Source: Candidatus Woesearchaeota archaeon (lineage in GTDB: Archaea > Nanobdellota > Nanobdellia > UBA10117). From it: 51,390 nucleotides of DNA. The stretch covers positions 10,168 to 61,557 of the forward strand of contig CAZUEL010000001.1 of NCBI GenBank assembly GCA_964619325.1. The letters are read 5' to 3'. This document shows positions 36,282 to 43,718 of the stretch, piece after piece (position 1 is the stretch's first letter; each line of letters starts with the position of its first letter). The notes under the pieces were generated by a model. That model did no database searches. It saw only the letters and a program-made list of their open reading frames with translations, and was not told where the DNA came from. The position numbers and the translations under genes are program-made.

Positions 36282-36914
36282 TTAATTAATTATAACTGGA
36301 TTTAATACGGCATAATTTTTTTCACTCCAGCAAGCATCACAATGTGCACGCATTATGAAAAGCGTGTTTGCCTGCGCCGCTTCGCCCTGCACGAAAACAT
36401 TTTCATCTTTGTTAAATTCTGTAATTGCCTTTCTAATTTTCACACCAGCAACTTCCGCACTGCACTCGCCCTGCGCGCCACTAACATAACAAGCATTGTA
36501 CTGTAACATATCACTGCCAATCGCGTACGCGCCATATATTGGAATAACAAACTTCATCGATGTGCCAAACGTTTCCCAAAAACCCTGCTTTTCCAGCGAA
36601 ACGCCTTCTGCAGTCCCCCGCATAAAATTAACCTTGCCAAAGTACGCGATAGTTTTACGTGGCCCGCCGATACCTACCTGTTGGTATATGCTTTTTCGCT
36701 CCTTGAACGCGGGTGCCTTTGCTGTCAAAACAACATCCTCTGGAGCTGCGAGAACTGTCATTCCAGTGAGCGCAAACTCTTTAGCAATTACTGCTGGCTC
36801 CTCCTTAATTATAAACGAAAAAATCTTCAGGCCGATGACAAGCGTCATTGCTATTATAATCATTACGCCGATCGCTAATATCAGGCTTGTTACGCCTGTT
36901 TTGTTATTTGTCAT
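36282..36914 (-). CDS. Pilin-like protein (class III signal peptide)
   Basis: MTNNKTG-VTSLILAIGVMIIIAMTLVIGL. 1-nt gap to the next gene. Confidence 0.65.
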   Translation of the reverse strand: MTNNKTGVTSLILAIGVMIIIAMTLVIGLKIFSFIIKEEPAVIAKEFALTGMTVLAAPEDVVLTAKAPAFKERKSIYQQVGIGGPRKTIAYFGKVNFMRGTAEGVSLEKQGFWETFGTSMKFVIPIYGAYAIGSDMLQYNACYVSGAQGECSAEVAGVKIRKAITEFNKDENVFVQGEAAQANTLFIMRAHCDACWSEKNYAVLNPVIIN

Positions 36915-37222
36915 TGGTATAGCAGCTTGCTAAGCACTGCCCAGAGTACGATAATAAAAATTGTGAGCAGTACGAGGCCAATTATTGTCATGACGGCTGG
37001 GTCCATGCCATGCTTGTTTTTCTTGAATAGTCTACCGAGCGGCGCAAACGCAAGCGGTGCGATTAGTGGCACCTTCTCTTTTAACTGCGCAGAACGATCT
37101 TTCCAGATAGAGTAACCGAAATAAGCAATTAAGGCAAACGCAGCTAGTGTTATCACTAAGTAAAATAATATTCTTCCGGTTTCCCACTGTCCTTTTCTAT
37201 TGTTTTTGCCAATTTTTTCCAT
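36911..37222 (-). CDS. Small two-helix membrane protein with KGQ-type N-terminus
   Basis: MEKIGKNNRKGQ-WETGRILFYLVITLAAFALIAY plus a second C-terminal helix. 4-nt overlap with the downstream gene. Confidence 0.55.
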   Translation of the reverse strand: MEKIGKNNRKGQWETGRILFYLVITLAAFALIAYFGYSIWKDRSAQLKEKVPLIAPLAFAPLGRLFKKNKHGMDPAVMTIIGLVLLTIFIIVLWAVLSKLLYQ

Positions 37223-37238
37223 TTTTCACCTCACTACA

Positions 37239-38039
37239 CTAAGTAACGTAATGGCACTCATACGTACAGTAAACCTGACCTGTTTGTGCAGACATGCCTG
37301 TCGATCCTGAATTAACCATGCATGGGCCAATCTCCCCTCGTTTGTGTTCTGTGAGAATCGGCTGGCCAGACAACGTGCTAGTAACTTCTGTAATATCACT
37401 TGCAAACTTACTTGGTCCGCACTCGATTCTTCGAGGCCGGCCTGCGGAATCAACTAAATAATTATTTTCTTCATCTAATTCTTCAACGCCACTTGTGCAC
37501 GCGCGGGGCGTAAACATGAATTTAGCCGGGCATGTCCACAGCCTCGCAACGAATGGAACTGAGCTGCGTTCGTTTGCTTCTATGTCAGTTGGTGGCGCCG
37601 GGTAAAAATCAAAATTATCTTCGCCCCCGTACGTGCTAAACGACGCGCCATTCCAATATGCAATCTGCGAGTTTTCGCCGCAAACAGCAACATCTGCGCC
37701 GGAAATACCAGACTCGCCAACATTAGAGACAACTGCTTGCGATTCCATCACGCCATCGCTCATGACACTGCCGCCACTAGCGCTTTCGGGATCGCCTATT
37801 TTAGGTGACCTACAACTTGCTCTTAGTGGAAAGCTGTCGAGTTTAATATCTGGCAGGTCCCGCGTTTGTATTAAATACGCGCGCCGCGATTCCTTGAATG
37901 CCTTGTTCTCTATGATGTCTTTGGACTTTTTTGTAAGGCCAGCTTGCACGCTCCCCACTATCCACAGAGAGACTGCCAGCACAATCAATATGACAAGTAT
38001 GAACATCACTATCGAGATGCCCCCTTTCCTCGTAGCCAT
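37239..38039 (-). CDS. Pilin-like protein (class III signal peptide) with CARDB-like end motif
   Basis: MATRKGG-ISIVMFILVILIVLAVSLWIVG. VEELDEENNY motif. ATG 38039 is about 26 nt from the TATA at 38062-38069 (leaderless). Confidence 0.7.
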   Translation of the reverse strand: MATRKGGISIVMFILVILIVLAVSLWIVGSVQAGLTKKSKDIIENKAFKESRRAYLIQTRDLPDIKLDSFPLRASCRSPKIGDPESASGGSVMSDGVMESQAVVSNVGESGISGADVAVCGENSQIAYWNGASFSTYGGEDNFDFYPAPPTDIEANERSSVPFVARLWTCPAKFMFTPRACTSGVEELDEENNYLVDSAGRPRRIECGPSKFASDITEVTSTLSGQPILTEHKRGEIGPCMVNSGSTGMSAQTGQVYCTYECHYVT

Positions 38040-38061
38040 GTTAATTTGAATGCCATATTAG

Positions 38062-38091
38062 TTTATAAAACTTCACAGAAATCTTATAAAC
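38062..38091. promoter_or_regulatory. Two back-to-back TATA boxes for divergent leaderless pilin-operon genes
   Basis: TTTATAAA (38062-38069) serves minus ATG 38039. TTATAAA (38084-38090) serves plus ATG 38112. Both sit at about 25-27 nt. Confidence 0.55.
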
Positions 38092-38111
38092 GCCGGCATA
38101 GTACATCTGTT

Positions 38112-39332
38112 ATGGCCGCTAATCAGGTTCCCGCAACACTCGTGGTAATCAGTATAGCGATTGTCGCACTGATATTTTTTTTAGGATTATCGGGAATTTC
38201 CGGTGCCAAAATTTCAAACATTTTCGCCCCGCTGCTAAGTTCTGTGTCTGAGCCCGCCAAGCCTGAACTAGTTGCGAGCGTCAGTTGCATTAACGAAGAC
38301 TTCCCGGCCGGCAGCCCGCTGAACGGCGTGGCAACGCACTCCACACTTACAATTACCGCAAAAAACAGCGGTGAAACAGACGCTAGGCCCAGCAGAGGAA
38401 TTACAGCAAGGGTTTTCTGGTCCGGCTTTACGTACATCGCACCAAGCGGTCAGGTTACGTCTCTTTTCTTAAGCACCAGAAACAAAATCGAAAAATTTGT
38501 GGCTGCAGATATAAGCCACGCAAGGCCTGCGACGGGCTCGTACGCCACCCCATATTCACAGTGCCTTGATGACGGCCTGTCCAAGAGCGAAGTATGCCTG
38601 CTCTATGTTCTTGGGGAAGACCAGCTTCCGATAAATGATAACGCGCCGCCCGGAACATATGAAATAGAGCTAGACGCGCCGGCCCCGGGCAATGTTATAG
38701 AAGCAAAACAAGAATTAAACAAAGATAGCACTGAGTGTGCTGGCACAGTTATGAAAGATTGCCTTACACAACCCGCACAGGCATCTGGCGCAGTGTTCTG
38801 TAAACCTGAGTGCAGGAATTATGAGCGCAGTGGTTTTAGACAGACCGTTGGCTATGACTGCGGTGGCTGTATTAATCCAAAACAAATTACGCAGCCGGAA
38901 GTCGATGATAGTGATCCGGTCTGCACGGACAGCTGCGGCTGTGCCTGCCCACCAGAAAGCCTGAATTATGAAAAGTACGGCCCGCGCTATGACAAATACC
39001 ACCAGATACCACCTGGCGAGCGCTGCGGAAGAAAACTGCCGGACATAATTATGTTGTTAGATACACAAAATTCCCTGCGCGCATATAACAATGGACTTGG
39101 TGATACAAAACAACCATTTGTTGTCTGCATAGATGTGAAGCGCACGAGTGACGGCCTGCCAGTACGACAAACCGAGGAGCATACAGTGAACAGCAACATA
39201 CCGCCAGGCGGATTTGCCTCTCTAAACTATCAAAAAGCCACACTTGGAACAACTGTAGAAGTTACTGCAGACTGCCAAGAAGAAATAAAAGAACTAGACG
39301 AGACAAATAATGGGGCAACAAAGCAGTTTTAA
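38112..39332 (+). CDS. Cys-rich secreted/anchored protein with CARDB-like motif
   Basis: I chose the in-frame ATG 38112 (MAANQVPATLVVISIAIVALIFFLGL). The track start at 37944 overlaps the divergent gene and both TATA boxes. About 17 Cys, including CTDSCGCACPP. C-terminal KELDETNNGATKQF. Confidence 0.7.
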   Translation: MAANQVPATLVVISIAIVALIFFLGLSGISGAKISNIFAPLLSSVSEPAKPELVASVSCINEDFPAGSPLNGVATHSTLTITAKNSGETDARPSRGITARVFWSGFTYIAPSGQVTSLFLSTRNKIEKFVAADISHARPATGSYATPYSQCLDDGLSKSEVCLLYVLGEDQLPINDNAPPGTYEIELDAPAPGNVIEAKQELNKDSTECAGTVMKDCLTQPAQASGAVFCKPECRNYERSGFRQTVGYDCGGCINPKQITQPEVDDSDPVCTDSCGCACPPESLNYEKYGPRYDKYHQIPPGERCGRKLPDIIMLLDTQNSLRAYNNGLGDTKQPFVVCIDVKRTSDGLPVRQTEEHTVNSNIPPGGFASLNYQKATLGTTVEVTADCQEEIKELDETNNGATKQF

Positions 39333-39354
39333 AGTTCGGAGTTATGGTGGCAAC

Positions 39355-39627
39355 ATGAATAAAACGGGCGCGTCGCTATTTGAAGTTTTGATAGCAGTCA
39401 TAGTTGCAGTTGTTTTATTTTTCCTTTTCATAAATTTTTTAACTGAAACTGTTGGCGGTGCCGGCAAGCAGACACTCAAATCTACCGATGTTGTAAATGC
39501 TTCGGAGTGTATTCCAACGCAAAGACTGGCTGGTTGCAGCGATGTATGCGAGCAGTCCTGCTGCCATTGTCCAACATACTGCGGACGGGCAGATGAAACC
39601 ATCCGGCAAGGGGAAACCTGCAGTTAA
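39355..39627 (+). CDS. Small pilin-like protein, Flp/type-IV-like N-terminus with Glu at +5
   Basis: MNKTG-ASLFEVLIAVIVAVVLFFLF (internal ATG 39355). Cys-rich C-terminus CSDVCEQSCCHCPTYC. Confidence 0.65.
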   Translation: MNKTGASLFEVLIAVIVAVVLFFLFINFLTETVGGAGKQTLKSTDVVNASECIPTQRLAGCSDVCEQSCCHCPTYCGRADETIRQGETCS

Positions 39628-39629
39628 AT

Positions 39630-39761
39630 CTATTTGGCGAATTTGAAGAGTTCTAACACTGCATCAAACGCCTTGTCCAAAGTTCCCGTGACAACGAGTG
39701 CAATTAATATAACTGCTATCACAACAATTGCAACTACAATTAAATAGTTTATTATTTCCAT
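39630..39761 (-). CDS. Tiny single-helix protein (43 aa)
   Basis: Hand-translated MEIINYLIVVAIVVIAVILIALVVTGTLDKAFDAVLELFKFAK. Sits 6 nt downstream of the stop of gene 39768..41132. Below the track cutoff. Confidence 0.45.
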   Translation of the reverse strand: MEIINYLIVVAIVVIAVILIALVVTGTLDKAFDAVLELFKFAK

Positions 39762-39767
39762 GTTTAT

Positions 39768-41132
39768 TTACCTGGACAGCAGTAATGCCGACGGCCTTGC
39801 TGCACTACCGCCCGCATCCAATGCATATATATCGCTTTGCGGTCCGTACACTGTCGCCTGACAGACTGTAGCCGGATTTTCTACATTTAAATCTATTGAT
39901 TTTGAAGGTGAATCACGTATTTCATCCAGATTTATAGAAAATATGTGGCCAGATACGTAGGGCAATAATAACTCGCCATCCATCGCGGAGAAGCCCTCGA
40001 GGGTTACACCAAGTGGAGTTGAAATTGTCAGTTGCACATGCTCTGGCCTATCAAAACAAACATAATCCTTGGTATTTCCCTTCCTGAAGCAAGCATACTT
40101 GTTTGATAAAACTATTGCGCCGGGCTCATAATCAAGCTGGCCTTTAATTTGTGTCACTGCACCCGTTTTAAGATTTTTTACGCCAACAGACCATTTGCCT
40201 GCAGACAGTTGCGCGTACGGCAGCTCATCGCCAGAGAGCCTGCCTGCCACAATCTTGCCTGGCGCACTAATTGCCGGCAGCGCCCCTGCTTCGGTTAGGC
40301 ATTGCAAAACATTTTGTGCGGAATTATAACATAAATACTTGTCACTTCCCGTTGCCGGCGCGCTAATGTCATAGACAGTAGATTCAGCGACGCTTGGGCG
40401 CGCATCTTTCTTGACTTTTACTTTATCTAATTCATAGCGATTTAATATTACTCTGCCAAGCACATCTCTTGCAAAAACATGAACGCTATTACCCAAGACT
40501 GCTGGACTTTTGAGCACAGGTACAAATTCTTTTGTTGTCAGAATAACTGTACCGTCAGAGTTTCTGGCACAAAATGTGCGGCTCCTTTCCGTGTGATCTA
40601 TAGATACACCATCGCGAAACTCAGTTGGGTAAAACGTTCCGCAAGTATAATCTGAACTTGCTGCCAGGTATTGAATTTTCAAATCTTTGCCTAATCGCCC
40701 AGTACACCACTCTCGCCCACTCAGGGAAAACTTGCATAATTGTCTGCCGAGGCCGGCATATAGTGCCTCGGGGCGGAGCTCCAGAGCTGCGCCGCCGGCA
40801 CTAGCGCCCTTAGTCGCGGTAACCTCGAAAATTTTATTGCAGCTGCGCTTGTTTGCACATGCTACGCCAGATGTGAGCGTTGGCAGTGTCTCAAATGCAC
40901 CGACAAAGCAAACATCATCTGCGGTACCTCCTACGTTTCCTATGGGCAAGATTTCTGGTGCCCCCGCTCTTAATATGTTTGCGACGATGTTTTCGCGCTC
41001 TTCAAAAAGCCGTGGGCCTGCCTGAAAACCCAAAAACGATAGTGCCACAATAAGCACGATTATAACTAGTAGCAAACCACCGAACCATGACGGAAACATA
41101 TATCCACGTTTCAACTTGAATTTCATCTTCAA
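39768..41132 (-). CDS. Large pilin-like protein (class III signal peptide)
   Basis: (TTG) KMKFKLKRG-YMFPSWFGGLLLVIIVLIVALSFLG. An ATG alternative exists at 41126. Beta-rich, 454 aa. Confidence 0.65.
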   Translation of the reverse strand: MKMKFKLKRGYMFPSWFGGLLLVIIVLIVALSFLGFQAGPRLFEERENIVANILRAGAPEILPIGNVGGTADDVCFVGAFETLPTLTSGVACANKRSCNKIFEVTATKGASAGGAALELRPEALYAGLGRQLCKFSLSGREWCTGRLGKDLKIQYLAASSDYTCGTFYPTEFRDGVSIDHTERSRTFCARNSDGTVILTTKEFVPVLKSPAVLGNSVHVFARDVLGRVILNRYELDKVKVKKDARPSVAESTVYDISAPATGSDKYLCYNSAQNVLQCLTEAGALPAISAPGKIVAGRLSGDELPYAQLSAGKWSVGVKNLKTGAVTQIKGQLDYEPGAIVLSNKYACFRKGNTKDYVCFDRPEHVQLTISTPLGVTLEGFSAMDGELLLPYVSGHIFSINLDEIRDSPSKSIDLNVENPATVCQATVYGPQSDIYALDAGGSAARPSALLLSR

Positions 41133-41287
41133 CCAAACCCCTTTATCGGCCTGCCAGCTAGCGCCTGCAGGCCACCGCCTTTTACTAACACCAGCCAGCC
41201 GACCAACAATGCGGCTATTATTATTATCAACACCGTTGCCAAAACCAATAGGGCAAAATTGCTTGTTGCAGCGCTTTCGTCAGTCAT
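41129..41287 (-). CDS. Tiny single-helix protein (52 aa)
   Basis: Hand-translated MTDESAATSNFALLVLATVLIIIIAALLVGWLVLVKGGGLQALAGRPIKGFG. Overlapping start/stop with both neighbours. Confidence 0.45.
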   Translation of the reverse strand: MTDESAATSNFALLVLATVLIIIIAALLVGWLVLVKGGGLQALAGRPIKGFG

Positions 41288-41388
41288 GTTAGCGTTACCA
41301 CCGTCAATGCTATTGCTATCGCGACCAAGATTGCAATGATTGCGATCACGCTTCTAACTATCCAAAGCTTCCATGCGGTTTCTGCCAT
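41284..41388 (-). CDS. Tiny single-helix protein (34 aa)
   Basis: Hand-translated MAETAWKLWIVRSVIAIIAILVAIAIALTVVTLT. ATGA overlap with the next tiny ORF. Starts 5 nt after the platform-gene stop. Confidence 0.4.
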   Translation of the reverse strand: MAETAWKLWIVRSVIAIIAILVAIAIALTVVTLT

Positions 41389-41393
41389 ATTAC

Positions 41394-43502
41394 CTACTCG
41401 AACTTAAGTTGTGTTATTGGGCCGACCAGTGCACCAAGCAGCAGCGATATGAGTACAGCAGCGATTACATAAAATGGCGTCGCCATCAGGAAGTTTTTTG
41501 CCATGCTATCCTTCTGCTCTATCTCATCGTGGCCATATATTATGCCGGATAATAGGAATGTTAGTATATAAATTATTTCTATTATGTAAATGCCAACAAC
41601 AAACTGGAAAATAAACTGCGGCACCATCGAATCTATTTGAAAGATATCAATTAGGCCAGAGCCGCCGGCACCGCTCAGTGCAGAACTTGTATCTGAGCCT
41701 GGCAGTTGCGTGCTAAACGTTTTGATTTGCCTGCTCAGGTTTATCATTATCGTTGTTGTCAACGAGGCTAAGCCGACGACGATCGCAGATATGAGCGGCA
41801 CAAATACCTTTACTTGAGAAATCATCGATGAAACTGTTTCTGTGAGAAGATCCTGAAGCCGCCTGCTCACCCGCTGCACTGTTTCTAGATATTCTGAAAT
41901 TGTTAACATAGCGCGGCCTGCAATTACTGGGCCTTTCTTGGCGCTTTCAACAAAAAGCGAGAGCGTGCTCTTGATTATTGCACTTGGGTAAAATGTTACC
42001 GCGCCGTACTGCTTGTTGAAAATTGCTTCCTTGAGACTTGCACCGAGGCTTGTCATATTGTATGCAATCGCTTTAAACATCTTGGAAATTTCTGAGGCCT
42101 GCATGGTTTCTGAAAGTGTTATTATAACTTTCTCTGGCGGCTGGTGCTGCTCCAGTTTTTCGCCAAGTTGGAATACCGCTGCGGAAAACTCGCCCTCCAT
42201 TTTTTCTATATCTTTCTTGACTTGTATTATGTGCCTAACCGCCCACCAGTAATACGCCCCGAAACCGAGGCCGAGCCCCAACACAAAATCCAGGCTGAAG
42301 AGCAGTGCCCTTGTGGAGTATAATTCTGCTACAAACCCCTCGCCAACCAAGCTAAACATGTACGGGAAATAAATGAACGCCGGCAGCGATAATAATACAA
42401 ACACTAAAATACCAACAAACCATGCAGGCATCGTAATCTCAGTACCAAATAGATTTACGGTCGGTGTTTTGTATTTCTGCTGGATGTATTTGTAAACATC
42501 GCTTATATCTGAACCGGCCGGCCTGGTAGCCAGGACAGACCTGCCTATTGCGTAAACAATTATTGGAAGCAGCACGTTGTAAAACAGTGCGACGTAATAC
42601 CACTTAACAGATTCGCCCATGAACGCGCTTATCATAGGCAGCATTACAAGGCCCATGACAGGCAGGACAACACCAAGCATGTGCAGTGCCTCCATTGGGC
42701 CCTGCAGCTGGTGTGCATAATCCAGCATATGATTCTGCGTACCATCAAGAATTATTTTAATAGAATTATCAAGCAATTCACGTTTTCTTCGTATATCGGG
42801 CTCCGAAAGAGATGACTTAATTAGGTGTATAGACTCTATGAATTCATCATCCCAGCCACGCCACGTTACTATGTACTCCTCAAGCGCATCTTCTATCGTG
42901 CTATATTTTTTGGTGTCTATATCCCATAATATTTTCATAAAATCCAATGAGAGGGGCGGGCCCATATGCTCTGCAACAAATTTTATCGCCCGTTCTAAAT
43001 TCGGCGTATGTTGCATATAGATTACTATGTATAGCACTGCGAGAACAAGCTGGTCAGACGTACGCGCGCGCCATGATGCTAAAATCAATTTTGGTATTGA
43101 TGGCACGTAGAGGAGGCCAATAATTGTTATAACGAGCCCAACTGCTATCACGTACACATTCCTTAAAGCCAATGATAACGCGCCTGATATCACAACGGAT
43201 GCTATTGCCAGCAAGTATGCAAGTGCATAAACATTTTGCGGAGTTGTTTCCAGGTGGGCGAGCTTCATATCGCCAAAGAGCTTATAGTACTCACCCTCTG
43301 CTACCTGAATCCGCAGGATGCCGCCAGCCCAGTTACACAAGCGCTCAAAGAGAAGGTGGCTCTTGCCTATCTGCTCCTGTTTAAATATTTCGTACTCACG
43401 TGAGTAGCTTGCTTCTGTTTCCTGCGCGTACTCCTGATAGCCCACAAGCTCTCTTTCTATCTTCCGCTTATACTCTGATACGAGCTGGTGATCAATCGCC
43501 AT
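41394..43502 (-). CDS. Polytopic membrane protein in FlaJ/TadC/PilC (platform) position
   Basis: 702 aa with about 9-10 hydrophobic helices separating two helical soluble regions. Lies two genes downstream of the secretion ATPase. The assignment rests on architecture and context only. Confidence 0.6.
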   Translation of the reverse strand: MAIDHQLVSEYKRKIERELVGYQEYAQETEASYSREYEIFKQEQIGKSHLLFERLCNWAGGILRIQVAEGEYYKLFGDMKLAHLETTPQNVYALAYLLAIASVVISGALSLALRNVYVIAVGLVITIIGLLYVPSIPKLILASWRARTSDQLVLAVLYIVIYMQHTPNLERAIKFVAEHMGPPLSLDFMKILWDIDTKKYSTIEDALEEYIVTWRGWDDEFIESIHLIKSSLSEPDIRRKRELLDNSIKIILDGTQNHMLDYAHQLQGPMEALHMLGVVLPVMGLVMLPMISAFMGESVKWYYVALFYNVLLPIIVYAIGRSVLATRPAGSDISDVYKYIQQKYKTPTVNLFGTEITMPAWFVGILVFVLLSLPAFIYFPYMFSLVGEGFVAELYSTRALLFSLDFVLGLGLGFGAYYWWAVRHIIQVKKDIEKMEGEFSAAVFQLGEKLEQHQPPEKVIITLSETMQASEISKMFKAIAYNMTSLGASLKEAIFNKQYGAVTFYPSAIIKSTLSLFVESAKKGPVIAGRAMLTISEYLETVQRVSRRLQDLLTETVSSMISQVKVFVPLISAIVVGLASLTTTIMINLSRQIKTFSTQLPGSDTSSALSGAGGSGLIDIFQIDSMVPQFIFQFVVGIYIIEIIYILTFLLSGIIYGHDEIEQKDSMAKNFLMATPFYVIAAVLISLLLGALVGPITQLKFE

Positions 43503-43675
43503 TATAATTTTATCTTAAAGAATTTTGTGTGCTTGTCCTCCTTCAATCGTTCGTGAACCGCTTCATTGATAAACGCAGAAATAGAATTATATTTGTATTT
43601 AAATTCTGGCTTCTTGATCAACCTAACTACTTCGCGATATAATTCACTGTCGATCTTAACTGCTTTATTAGCCAT
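43502..43675 (-). CDS. Ribbon-helix-helix (CopG-like) small DNA-binding protein
   Basis: Hand-translated 57 aa: MANKAVKIDSELYREVVRLIKKPEFKYKYNSISAFINEAVHERLKEDKHTKFFKIKL, with a beta-strand / helix / helix pattern. Its stop shares one base with the platform ATG (TAATG). Confidence 0.6.
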   Translation of the reverse strand: MANKAVKIDSELYREVVRLIKKPEFKYKYNSISAFINEAVHERLKEDKHTKFFKIKL

Positions 43676-43676
43676 G

Positions 43677-43713
43677 GGTTACTGTTAGTTACTTTTAGTA
43701 ACTTTTGGTTACT
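43677..43713 (-). promoter_or_regulatory. Four heptamer repeats at exact 10-bp phasing (putative RHH operator)
   Basis: GGTTACT (43677-83), AGTTACT (43687-93), AGTAACT (43697-703), GGTTACT (43707-13). The central pair forms a palindrome. The array fills the 43-nt gap between the ATPase stop and the RHH start. Confidence 0.6.
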
Positions 43714-43718
43714 TGTTT

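Noticed and set aside
37944-38111. Long N-terminal extensions given by the ORF track. These are 37944 for the 38112 gene, 46027 for 46081, 50353 for 50434, 3447 for 3291, 32125 for 32092, and 27219 for 27201.
   Set aside because: The extensions overlap divergent genes or run through TATA boxes. The shorter ATGs sit about 24-27 nt from a TATA, consistent with leaderless starts. I note that for 50353 my hand count of the printed sequence disagreed with the track frame by 1 nt. Exact positions there are uncertain.
43677-43713. Considered a miniature CRISPR or other repeat array
   Set aside because: There are only four 7-nt units with 3-nt spacers and no cas genes. The 10-bp phasing next to an RHH gene fits an operator much better.
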